Shown here piece by piece: positions 1-8,237 of a stretch of 64,000 bases of DNA. Source of the DNA: Armatimonadota bacterium. Lineage in GTDB: Bacteria; Armatimonadota; UBA5829; DSUL01. The stretch lies in NCBI GenBank assembly GCA_039811685.1, contig JBDHZC010000001.1, forward strand, positions 896,001-960,000, written 5' to 3'. The notes beneath the pieces are model-generated. The model saw nothing but the letters and a program-made list of their open reading frames with translations. It was not told where the DNA came from and made no database searches. Numbering within the stretch: position 1 is the stretch's first letter; each line of letters starts with the position of its first letter. Both the position numbers and the translations under genes were made by a program.

Positions 1-2
1 TT

Positions 3-458
3 GTCGCCCGCGCCATTCCATCAGTTAACGGGTTCAGTGGTCTGGCCCTTGACTGCAACGGTGAGGTTCTACCGGCAGCCGGAGGTATCCGCGTCAAGCT
101 GGAGACGCAGGTCGGCAAACAGCAGTTCCTTTTTCCGCTCAACGGCCGATTTCCGTCCCGGACATTCAACCAGGCGCCGGGGCTGGCGTCTATCAACCCG
201 AAAATTGACGTGATCAAGAGCAGGCGCGTGGGCGCAAACCCGCTGGTGATTACAGCCCAGCGTGTGGAAGGCAATCTGCAGACTGAGGGCGCTCCTTCAA
301 TTATCATTTCGGAAGCGGATGCGGCTGTTATAGCTGAGATGGCGAAAAACTCACTTCTGCTGCAGACGTGGAAGGTCGGGGCGTACAACTTCTACAGGAC
401 AAAAGCGCAACAGCAAGCGGCGCAGGCCGCCCAAGTGCTTAACTCCGCATCGCTGTGA
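3..458 (+). CDS. Partial (5'-truncated) hypothetical protein resembling the C-terminal domain of LPP20-type lipoproteins
   Basis: Frame 3 is open from the window start to TGA at 456-458. FSGLALDCNG...RVGANPLVITA...IIISEADA recalls the 'TGLxID...RxGxNPLVIxA...VVISxxDA' pattern. Confidence 0.5.
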   Translation, partial: VARAIPSVNGFSGLALDCNGEVLPAAGGIRVKLETQVGKQQFLFPLNGRFPSRTFNQAPGLASINPKIDVIKSRRVGANPLVITAQRVEGNLQTEGAPSIIISEADAAVIAEMAKNSLLLQTWKVGAYNFYRTKAQQQAAQAAQVLNSASL

Positions 459-776
459 CACAGAGGCTGTGGAGCTGACGCCAACCGGGACAGAGCTCAA
501 TCGCCTCTGCTTATAGTGGCGCGTAGAGGGTGCCGGAAGCTGCGACAAAGGAGACTCCAGGCGGATGAAGGAAAGCCGGACAGCGGAGAGATTGGGCGGA
601 TAAGACGAATTTTCCGCGAGCATCGAGGCTGAAGGGATGGGCAAAGTGCGAAAGCTTGCGGCATAATCTACCACAGTAGTCGAAGCTCGTCTGTCTGTGC
701 ACGTATTGAGACAGCTCTAAGCGCACTCGGGCATCTTCTCCTGGGGCGCGCGGCACGAGGAGCGTAGACGAACACC

Positions 777-920
777 ATGTCCACTGATCTCTCTGAATGT
801 AGACACGGTCGCCAGGGTGCACCCCTGATACTCCGGCATCTCCGCGGTCTCTAGCTACCAAAGCGCTGGAGACCTCAGGGTTCCGGCGCGTATTCACAGG
901 CTCTCCCCCGACGGCCGTCT
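777..920 (+). promoter_or_regulatory. Candidate structured leader with a 25-codon uORF upstream of mgtE
   Basis: uORF 777-854 after GAGGAG (757-762); 10-bp hairpin 846-855/865-874; outer helix 805-811/912-918. Confidence 0.45.
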
Positions 921-1001
921 GGTAATGCGGACAGTCACTGCGTCACTGCGGCGTGTAGAACAGACGCGCGTGCCTGTACCGAGTGCGGGAGGATTTGCCT
1001 G

Positions 1002-2399
1002 ATGGCTGCGACAACTCAGGAAAACCTGGCACAAACACTGCGCAACGCTTTGCGGCATCCGCCGGGCGAAGGTGGCGCACTGGCCATGACCGCTGCCCTC
1101 CGCGCGAAACACCCGGCTGACATCGCCGACGCTATGCAGGAGCTGGAGCGGGCTGAAGCTCTGGCAATCTTCAACTGGCTGGACAATGCCCGCGCCGCGG
1201 ACACCCTTGTTGAGATTGACCCTGAACTGGTGCGCTACATTCTGGACAACGCCCCACCCATCCGGATTTCTGACCTGCTCGACCGCATGCCTATGGACGA
1301 CGCAGCAGAGGTCATTTCCGAAGCTGACCCTGACACGGCTGAAGAGTTGCTGGCGGAGTTGTCCGTGCGCTCTCCAGAGGATGCGGCGGATGTGCGCGAA
1401 CTCCTCTCCTACGAAGAAGGCACTGCCGGGCGTCTGATGAGCGATAAGTACATTCGGCTGGCTCCTGATATGACCACTGATGAGGCTCTGGTGGAGGTGC
1501 GCAGCGCGGACCCGGAGATCGAAACCCTGAGCGCGCTTTACGTGGTTGCCCCCAACCACAACGGGGCGCCAGGCGAGGACCGTCTGATCGGAGTCCTTCC
1601 TTTGCGCGCTCTGTTACGGGCAAAGCCGTACAAGAAGGTTGCCAATCTGATGGACCGCAACCTGATCACGGTCTCTGTGGATACTGATCAGGAAGAGGTC
1701 GCTCGAACTATCGCGAAATATGACTTCGTAGCAGTGCCAGTGCTGGACCACCGCGGAATGATGGCTGGCATCGTGACAGTTGACGACGTTCTGGACGTCC
1801 TGCAGGAGGAGCAGACGGAAGACGTGCTGAAGCTGGGCGCTGTCGCAGCGTCGGAGTACTCGTACGCCCACACAGGAGTGCTGGCGACAGTCAAACAGCG
1901 CTTCGGATGGCTGCTGCTGCTGTTCGTCGCGGAGACCGCGACAGGCACAGTGCTACGGCACTTTCAGGACGAGCTCGCGAGGGTTGTGGCGCTGTCGTTT
2001 TTTGTGCCTTTGCTGATCGGAACTGGCGGCAACGCAGGCGCTCAGACTGTCACGACAATCACGCGCGCGCTGGCGCTGGGCGAAGTGGAGTTTCGCGACC
2101 TGATGAGAGTGGTGATGCGTGAAGCCAGTACAGGCGTACTTCTCGGCAGCGCGCTTGGCGCTGTGGGCTTTGCCCGGGCGCTGGTCTGGAAAACCGGGCC
2201 AGACCTGGCGTTCGTTGTGGGCATTTCGATGGTGGTGATTGTGCTGTGGGCTGTCACAGTGGGATCCGTGCTGCCAATTCTGTTCAAGCGAATAGGATGG
2301 GATCCGGCCGTGATGTCCGCTCCTTTCATCACGACACTGGTGGATGCAACGGGGCTGTTCTTCTATTTCACAATCGCAAAACCCCTTCTGAGGCTGTAG
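1002..2399 (+). CDS. mgtE: Magnesium transporter MgtE
   Basis: N-domain (HPADIAD), tandem CBS domains (TAGRLM, GIVTVDD), TM domain with GTGGNAGAQ and DPAVMSAPFITTLVD; GGAGG RBS. Confidence 0.97.
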   Translation: MAATTQENLAQTLRNALRHPPGEGGALAMTAALRAKHPADIADAMQELERAEALAIFNWLDNARAADTLVEIDPELVRYILDNAPPIRISDLLDRMPMDDAAEVISEADPDTAEELLAELSVRSPEDAADVRELLSYEEGTAGRLMSDKYIRLAPDMTTDEALVEVRSADPEIETLSALYVVAPNHNGAPGEDRLIGVLPLRALLRAKPYKKVANLMDRNLITVSVDTDQEEVARTIAKYDFVAVPVLDHRGMMAGIVTVDDVLDVLQEEQTEDVLKLGAVAASEYSYAHTGVLATVKQRFGWLLLLFVAETATGTVLRHFQDELARVVALSFFVPLLIGTGGNAGAQTVTTITRALALGEVEFRDLMRVVMREASTGVLLGSALGAVGFARALVWKTGPDLAFVVGISMVVIVLWAVTVGSVLPILFKRIGWDPAVMSAPFITTLVDATGLFFYFTIAKPLLRL

Positions 2400-2415
2400 G
2401 AGCGGCGAAGAACTG

Positions 2416-2448
2416 GGCGAGCCCGACGCCGCAGCGCGCCGGCTCGCC
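2416..2448. terminator. GC-rich hairpin between convergent mgtE and cytochrome c genes
   Basis: GGCGAGCC...GGCTCGCC stem; no clear U-tract. Confidence 0.35.
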
Positions 2449-2466
2449 GAAGGACAAAGAGCGCTT

Positions 2467-2865
2467 CTACTTGCGCGAGGTGAGATAGGCAGCTATCGCA
2501 TGCGCATCTGAGGCGTGCATGTGGAACTGCGGCATTGGCGGCCCGAGCGTCTTGCCATCAGGTGTGCGCCCCGTCGTGAACAACCTGGCCAGGCCATCCA
2601 CACCGAAGCGCTTCAGAGACTTTGCGTTCAGTGGCGGTGCAGTGTTGCGCCAGTTTGGAATGTGGACGGTGGGCTTGAAGGGGAGCCGCGCGCCGGTCAA
2701 ACCCTCCCCGTGACAATCCACACACATAGCGAGTGAGTGCGTGAGATAACGTCCCCGCTCAATCTCCTGTTTCTGGCTCGACCTGGAGCTAAAGACAACC
2801 GCGCCCAACACAACCAGAATGCTGACTGCTGTCAATGTCAGTAAAGACTTGCGTTTTCGGATTAT
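2467..2865 (-). CDS. Exported monoheme c-type cytochrome
   Basis: CVDCH heme motif, distal Met (PPMP), ERGRYL and IAAYL helices, hydrophobic N-terminus. Start is either ATA at 2865 (behind AGGAGG) or TTG at 2835. Confidence 0.88.
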   Translation of the reverse strand: MIRKRKSLLTLTAVSILVVLGAVVFSSRSSQKQEIERGRYLTHSLAMCVDCHGEGLTGARLPFKPTVHIPNWRNTAPPLNAKSLKRFGVDGLARLFTTGRTPDGKTLGPPMPQFHMHASDAHAIAAYLTSRK

Positions 2866-3166
2866 TTGTAGTTCCCTCCTACGTTTTCTCTCAATAGTCC
2901 CGAGATACTCGACTATCCCGATCTGTTCTTATAATGAATAATCAGAGATCGACGTGTCAACATCCACGTTTTTCCGCAACTCAAGACGAAGAGAATCGGT
3001 ATCCAGGACGGACAAACGGGACGCACTGAGAAGTGCCACGGGGAAGGTGCGGTGGATCGAGAACCGCGCATGGCTGCCAGCTTGCTAACAGGCGCCCGTT
3101 GGAGTATTCTCCTTGGCGAATGCTTGAGTTTCATCTCAAGCAATTTCAGCACACGAGGTAAACACA

Positions 3167-3796
3167 GTGAGCAACGTTTTGTTTAAGGGCGATGAGCCGA
3201 TCCCGTCAGACGCTATCGTTCTTTTTGATGGAAGCAGTCTGGCTGGCTGGCATAAGAGAGGCTCAGACGAGAAGGCGGGCTGGAAAGTCGAAAACGGCTA
3301 CATGGAAGTTGTGCCGGGCACGGGCGACATCTGCACGCGCGAGCTGTTCGAAGACGTGCAACTGCACGTTGAGTTCTGGCTGCCTCTGATGGCAGACTGT
3401 GAAGGGCAGGCAAGGGCCAACAGTGGCGTCTATCTTCAGGGGCGCTATGAGGTTCAGGTTCTGGACTCTTACAAGCTGGACCCACAGCTGAACGACTGCG
3501 CTGCCTTCTACACGCTGGCGGCGCCTTGCGTGAACGCAGCCAGGCCTCCGGAGAACTGGCAGAGCTACGACATCTTCTTTCACGCCCCGCGCTTCAATGA
3601 GCTTGGCGTGAAGACCCAGAACGCACGCGCGAGTGTCCTGTGGAACGGAATATGGGTCCACCACAACCTGGAGATTCCGGGCCCGACGGGTGGAGAGATT
3701 GATCACGATTTCATCAAGCCCGGGCCGCTTCTGTTGCAGGATCACGGCAACCTGATTCGCTTCCGGAATATCTGGGCGCGAAAGCTGGGCTGCTGA
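3167..3796 (+). CDS. DUF1080 / 3-keto-disaccharide hydrolase family protein
   Basis: LFDG..L.GW, W.VENG, LHVEF, NSGVY, YEVQVLD, WQSYDI, LQDHG..IRFRNIW motifs; GAGG RBS. Confidence 0.9.
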   Translation: MSNVLFKGDEPIPSDAIVLFDGSSLAGWHKRGSDEKAGWKVENGYMEVVPGTGDICTRELFEDVQLHVEFWLPLMADCEGQARANSGVYLQGRYEVQVLDSYKLDPQLNDCAAFYTLAAPCVNAARPPENWQSYDIFFHAPRFNELGVKTQNARASVLWNGIWVHHNLEIPGPTGGEIDHDFIKPGPLLLQDHGNLIRFRNIWARKLGC

Positions 3797-3819
3797 GCTA
3801 AAGCTGTCGCTGTACGATA

Positions 3820-3850
3820 AAAGGCCGGAGTCCGATGGACTCCGGCCTTT
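3820..3850. terminator. Bidirectional intrinsic terminator
   Basis: Perfect 14-bp stem AAAGGCCGGAGTCC-GAT-GGACTCCGGCCTTT between convergent genes, with A and T flanks. Confidence 0.85.
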
Positions 3851-3898
3851 CTCTGTTGTGCGATCTGATAAGCGCGGTCCGTGCGCTCTGCGCGCTGG

Positions 3899-4585
3899 TT
3901 ACTTGCGGTTGACGACCCGATAGTCGTAACGGTCTTTGTTCCTGTAGTCCGTGTGATCCCGGTTGTTGCGATTGTCAGGGTGGCGATCCTCTCGCTGAAT
4001 GGAAACTGGTTTCTTCACCCAGTTACCGCGTGAGTCGCGGTAGTATCCCTGATAATCTCCGTGCGGCGGACCTACAGGAGCGTTGCGATACTGGTTACTG
4101 TCGCAGCTATCGCGGTTTCGCGCGTTGTAGTTCACCGTCGGACCGGCCCACTTGTCGAAGCGGTCGCGGCTGGAGTACGTGTTCCCGTAGCGGTCCCTGT
4201 TGGTATAGGCGCTCTGATACCAATCGCGGCTCGAGTAAACGTCGTAACGACGATCGTTACTGCGATAGTCATTCCTGTCGCGCCGGTCGTTATTCCCGTA
4301 GTCGTAGTAGCTGCCATAGCGATCCCTGCGCCACTTCTCTCGATCCTGCCGCTCGTTTTTCTCGTTGCTGTACTGCTTGTAGGCTACGGCTGCCCCTACG
4401 GCGGCTGCCAGTGCCGGGGTCTTGTTCTTCTTCGTTGCGAGGACAAGAGCCGCCGCGCCGAGCGCAAGGGCTGTGTTTCTGCGCCCGCTCTCGCTGGCCA
4501 CAGCCGCCATCGGAGCTGCCAGGGCGAGCCCGAAAACGGCAATAAGCGAGAAGGACAGTGTCCTGCGGTACTGTAGGATGTTCAA
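3899..4585 (-). CDS. Secreted low-complexity R/D/Y/N-rich protein
   Basis: Signal peptide ending AVA-SE, two Ala-rich hydrophobic segments, then a disordered tail with imperfect RDRYG/YSSRD repeats; AGAGG RBS before TTG. Confidence 0.75.
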   Translation of the reverse strand: MNILQYRRTLSFSLIAVFGLALAAPMAAVASESGRRNTALALGAAALVLATKKNKTPALAAAVGAAVAYKQYSNEKNERQDREKWRRDRYGSYYDYGNNDRRDRNDYRSNDRRYDVYSSRDWYQSAYTNRDRYGNTYSSRDRFDKWAGPTVNYNARNRDSCDSNQYRNAPVGPPHGDYQGYYRDSRGNWVKKPVSIQREDRHPDNRNNRDHTDYRNKDRYDYRVVNRK

Positions 4586-4646
4586 CGTCGTACCTCTTCT
4601 CTTAGAGTAGCAAAATCTGCACTTCAGATTTTGCGTGTACGTATAG

Positions 4647-4672
4647 GACGCGCCAAATCAGAAAGGGTTTCC
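4647..4672 (-). promoter_or_regulatory. ECF-sigma-type promoter (GGAAAC-N16-CGTC)
   Basis: Minus strand reads GGAAAC cctttctgatttggcg CGTC ctat, about 60 nt upstream of the 4585 start; followed by a perfect 10-bp inverted repeat at 4610-4634. Confidence 0.55.
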
Positions 4673-4680
4673 AGAGCGCG

Positions 4681-5454
4681 TCATTCGGCGCGCGTGGTGT
4701 ACACGCGAAAGCGCCTGGCTTCTGCGCAGATAGTCACCCCACCGCTGTAGCCAGTCTGGTAGAGCCGTTGAGACCGCGCGTCTAAAGTCTTCACAAGTGC
4801 GAGGTTGGCGCGATTCTGCGTCGTGCGGCCAGTGTGGATGACAACGATGTCCGGGCGATATCCACCCAGTTCCCTCCCGTCGCTCTGCGAGGCCCCCCTG
4901 GAGAGCACAAGCGCGCCGGGTTGCTCTTTGAGCAACGCGGCCGCAACGGAGCTGGTCAGGCGCTCCACCAGCGCAACACTCGCACTGCGTCCACGCACAA
5001 TCACAGCGCTGGAAGCCGCCCCGTCGGCAACTGTCCTCAGGCGAAGTCCGCTGTTCAGGACCAGACTCTGTCCCGCCCTGATACGACGCCAGCGCAACGC
5101 AGAGGAAGACGGGGCATCCGGCGCAAGTATGTCGTGAATTCTCACGCTATTTTGCAGCGTTTCAACCCACTGCTCGGCCGTCCGGCTATAGCCGAGCGCA
5201 AGAAAGACATCCACAGCATTCACGCCCGCGCGCCGCAGTGCCGGCAGCGCCACGTACTGCGCGCCTTTGTCCAAAAAGGGCTGTGACGCGCAGAGGACGA
5301 TTGCTGTTGAGGAGTGCGGGCCGTGAACCAGCCAGCACTGGCCTCCACCTGTATCCAGGCAGTCTACTCGAAACTCAGTTCCACTGCGGGTAGCGAAGTA
5401 AACTGCCACAAGCGCCGCAATCCCAGCCGCCAGAACAACGCCAACGCGCTTCAC
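4681..5454 (-). CDS. Stand-alone, degenerate ComEC-type metallo-beta-lactamase-fold domain with N-terminal membrane anchor
   Basis: FRVDCLDTGGGQC (cf. LRVTFLDVGQGD), LPALRRAGVNAVD, RPDIVVIHTG, LYQTGYSGGVTI; GTG start overlaps the comEC stop (GTGA); HxHxDH is absent. Confidence 0.72.
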   Translation of the reverse strand: MKRVGVVLAAGIAALVAVYFATRSGTEFRVDCLDTGGGQCWLVHGPHSSTAIVLCASQPFLDKGAQYVALPALRRAGVNAVDVFLALGYSRTAEQWVETLQNSVRIHDILAPDAPSSSALRWRRIRAGQSLVLNSGLRLRTVADGAASSAVIVRGRSASVALVERLTSSVAAALLKEQPGALVLSRGASQSDGRELGGYRPDIVVIHTGRTTQNRANLALVKTLDARSQRLYQTGYSGGVTICAEARRFRVYTTRAE

Positions 5455-7082
5455 TGAGAGGTCCCTGTGGACATGCGGGACGCATTCTTCACACTTGCGC
5501 GTCTGGGGAGCCTCCAATACCACCACACCGCCCCAAGCAAAGCGAACCAAGCTACTAATCCGAAGACCCCAGGTGACCGAACGTTGATCTCAGCAAAACC
5601 CGGAGAAGCCATTGTCCCGACGATTGTCTCGACAGCTACCGCCAGACCAAAGACAAGCTGAGAAATCAGCCAGCCGATATAAGGCACCCAAAATAGCGCC
5701 GAGAGCGCGACGGTCGCCACAAAGAACCATTCAGCCACAGCGGCAACGGCTACATTAGCGGGAAGCGACACGAGCGACAGACGGTTGAAGTAGTTGGCTA
5801 TCAGGGGAGCAGTCGCTACCGTCGCAGCCGTCGTTACGACGGCAACATCTCGCAGATGCAGCAGAATGACCTTTCGAAGACCTGCTCGCCCAGGCGCAGA
5901 CGGAGCGGGTTCGAAGCGCGCTGTCAGTGAGTTCAGCCTCGGCGCAAACATCAAAATGGAGACAACCGCAGCAAAGCTGAGTTGGAATCCGACGTCCGCC
6001 AGCGAGAGAGGGTCTATAGCCAGCATAATCGCCACCGTTGCGGCCAGGACACTGATCATATCAGCCGGGCGACCCAGCATCAGAGCTGCCATGTAAAGAG
6101 AGGAGGCAATCCCGGCCCGCACAATCGACGGCCCCGCGCCCGCCATGAGTGTGTAGAAGAAGATCAACAGGATAACGCTGGCAGTTGAGAGGAGGCGGGG
6201 AAAGCGTGAGCGGCGCAGCAACATTCCCCAGAAGATTGTCACAATTAGCGCGCAGTTGTACCCGGACGCCGCGAGCAGGTGCAAAGTCCCTGTGCGCGTG
6301 AAGCTTTCAACGATTTTCTGGGGCACCAGGGAATAACTCCCCAGCACCATGCCGGATGCCAGCGCTGCTTCCTGGCGTGGGAGATGCCGGGCGAGTTGTG
6401 CGCGAAGGCTGTCTCGCAGACGGTAAGCCCAGACGACTATCTGCGGGCCGGAGGCTTCGTCAAGCACGGTAATATCCGTCGGGCTGTCAACCCAGGCCGT
6501 CGCAAACGCGCCGTGCCGGGCCAGGTAGGACGCCCAGGAGAACTCGCCCGGATTTCGAGGTTGAGACGGGCGCCGGATCTGCGCCCGAAGTCTGAGGGTC
6601 CGCCCGTAAGTCAGACCCGTAGTCGCCCTTCGCAAAGTCTGCGCTGCCTGCCGGGCTACGCTCACCGAGATTTTTCCGCTGGCTGGAACAACCCGGCGGT
6701 TGGCAGAGGCAGCGCTTACACGGTAGAAGAAGCGGATCGTTTCAGGTGTTATCTGAGGGTCGCTGGCGATATAGCCATCCAGAACCACGGGCGTGCGGCG
6801 TCCGGCGAAGCGTGACACGTCCGAGCGGCCGGGCGTCTGTTCAACAGAAGCGCGCGCAAATCCCAGCAGAGCGACTCCTACCAGAAGGACGACCCATCCT
6901 CGCTGCCCGCGAGCGAAAGCGTAGATCGCCGCCGCGCATCCGATTCCGGCAACTCCCAGTCCCGGCGCCGGAGCAGACCCGCTGACCATAGCCACAACGC
7001 AGCCAAGTGCGAAGGCGATTGCGACGGCTATTATGGGGCGTTGAATAATGGCGTGTATCACGGCAGCCTTGGCGTCAAACAA
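5451..7082 (-). CDS. comEC: ComEC/Rec2 competence protein (DUF4131 + Competence domain)
   Basis: PRNPGEF, GMVLG, TGTLHLLAASGYN, PSIVRAG, DVGFQLSFAAV, SLPAN motifs; many TM helices. Confidence 0.93.
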   Translation of the reverse strand: MFDAKAAVIHAIIQRPIIAVAIAFALGCVVAMVSGSAPAPGLGVAGIGCAAAIYAFARGQRGWVVLLVGVALLGFARASVEQTPGRSDVSRFAGRRTPVVLDGYIASDPQITPETIRFFYRVSAASANRRVVPASGKISVSVARQAAQTLRRATTGLTYGRTLRLRAQIRRPSQPRNPGEFSWASYLARHGAFATAWVDSPTDITVLDEASGPQIVVWAYRLRDSLRAQLARHLPRQEAALASGMVLGSYSLVPQKIVESFTRTGTLHLLAASGYNCALIVTIFWGMLLRRSRFPRLLSTASVILLIFFYTLMAGAGPSIVRAGIASSLYMAALMLGRPADMISVLAATVAIMLAIDPLSLADVGFQLSFAAVVSILMFAPRLNSLTARFEPAPSAPGRAGLRKVILLHLRDVAVVTTAATVATAPLIANYFNRLSLVSLPANVAVAAVAEWFFVATVALSALFWVPYIGWLISQLVFGLAVAVETIVGTMASPGFAEINVRSPGVFGLVAWFALLGAVWWYWRLPRRASVKNASRMSTGTSQ

Positions 7083-7206
7083 GTGAGGCCGCAGCCAGTA
7101 TAACTGCCGTGCTGGCTTGCGGGCAAGCGCCTGGAGATGCCCGGATGCCTGAAAATCCGGTTATACTGGCAGGCGAACCTTACACTCGTGGAAAGGATCG
7201 AGCCTC

Positions 7207-8028
7207 TTGAAGTTTCAGATTCTCGGCACTGCTGCAGCAGAGGGCTGGCCAGCTCTGTTTTGCGCGTGCGACCCATGCCGCCGGGCCAGAGCCGCCGGCG
7301 GAAAGAATATCCGAAGCCGTGCATCAGTCCTGGTGAACGACAATATCAAGGTGGACTTCAACTCTGATGAGTTCCATCACCTGTCAACACTGGGACTGGA
7401 CTACAGCCAGCTTGAGCACCTCCTGTTCACGCACAGCCATAACGACCACTTCAGTACGGGAGAGCTGGCATATCTGCGAGACCCGTTCGCGCACAACCGC
7501 AAAAAGAACCCACTCGATATCTGGTGCAGCGCGGACGTGGCAAACATTATCCAAAGCCGCTATCCGGACGAAGCGGCAGCCGGAATGAGCGTCCACGCAG
7601 TAAAGCCGTTTGAGACCATTGGTCTCGACGGCATGCCGGCCACCCCGATCACAGCAATTCACAAACACGATGAGCTGTGTCTGAACTGGCTTTTCGGCCC
7701 GCTGGACAACTGCGTGTTGTATGCGTCAGACACCGGATTCTATCAGCCGCCGACCTGGGAATTTCTCAAGAACGTCAAGCTGAACATGGTCGTAAGCGAA
7801 TGCACTCTGGGGTTCACCGGGGAAAGCGAAACGCATATGTCCGTCAACAGTGTGCGCCGCATGAAAGATGAGCTTGTGCGGCTTGGGTCTTTGAAGCCGA
7901 GCGCGCAGTTTGTGATCACGCATTTCTCTCACAACGCTCTGCTGTTGCATGACGAAATGCAGGAGCGCGTGAAAGACGACGGATTCGTAGTCGCTTACGA
8001 TGGCATTATCCTGGAGGCCGGGCCGTGA
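7207..8028 (+). CDS. PhnP-like metallo-beta-lactamase-fold hydrolase
   Basis: LGTAAAEG.P..FCACDPC Zn site, THSHNDH, YASDTG, THFSH, AYDG. Confidence 0.88.
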   Translation: MKFQILGTAAAEGWPALFCACDPCRRARAAGGKNIRSRASVLVNDNIKVDFNSDEFHHLSTLGLDYSQLEHLLFTHSHNDHFSTGELAYLRDPFAHNRKKNPLDIWCSADVANIIQSRYPDEAAAGMSVHAVKPFETIGLDGMPATPITAIHKHDELCLNWLFGPLDNCVLYASDTGFYQPPTWEFLKNVKLNMVVSECTLGFTGESETHMSVNSVRRMKDELVRLGSLKPSAQFVITHFSHNALLLHDEMQERVKDDGFVVAYDGIILEAGP

Positions 8029-8237
8029 AGGCGCAGGAGGCTATCGTCGAGATTGTGAACATCTTCGACGAGGGCAACAAAGAGATTGAAGCTATACTTG
8101 CGGTGCATGACATGTACTCTCTGAAGTCAGGACAGTTGATTGAGTTGACTGAAGAGTCCATGATGCGCCGCGTAGGGCGAGTCGTAAAGCTTTACGAAGA
8201 GGAACAGGCTAAGATTAGCGGGCAAAGCGGTACTTGA
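8025..8237 (+). CDS. Small hypothetical protein (70 aa)
   Basis: GGAGG RBS; GTGA overlap with the upstream stop; plausible helical composition. Confidence 0.6.
   Translation: MKAQEAIVEIVNIFDEGNKEIEAILAVHDMYSLKSGQLIELTEESMMRRVGRVVKLYEEEQAKISGQSGT

Noticed and set aside
2881..3166. Riboswitch or small ORF (2913-3152) between the cytochrome c and DUF1080 genes
   Set aside because: Only short hairpins (e.g. TGCTTGAG/CTCAAGCA, 3121-3142) and no recognisable aptamer consensus; the ORF lacks an RBS and motifs.
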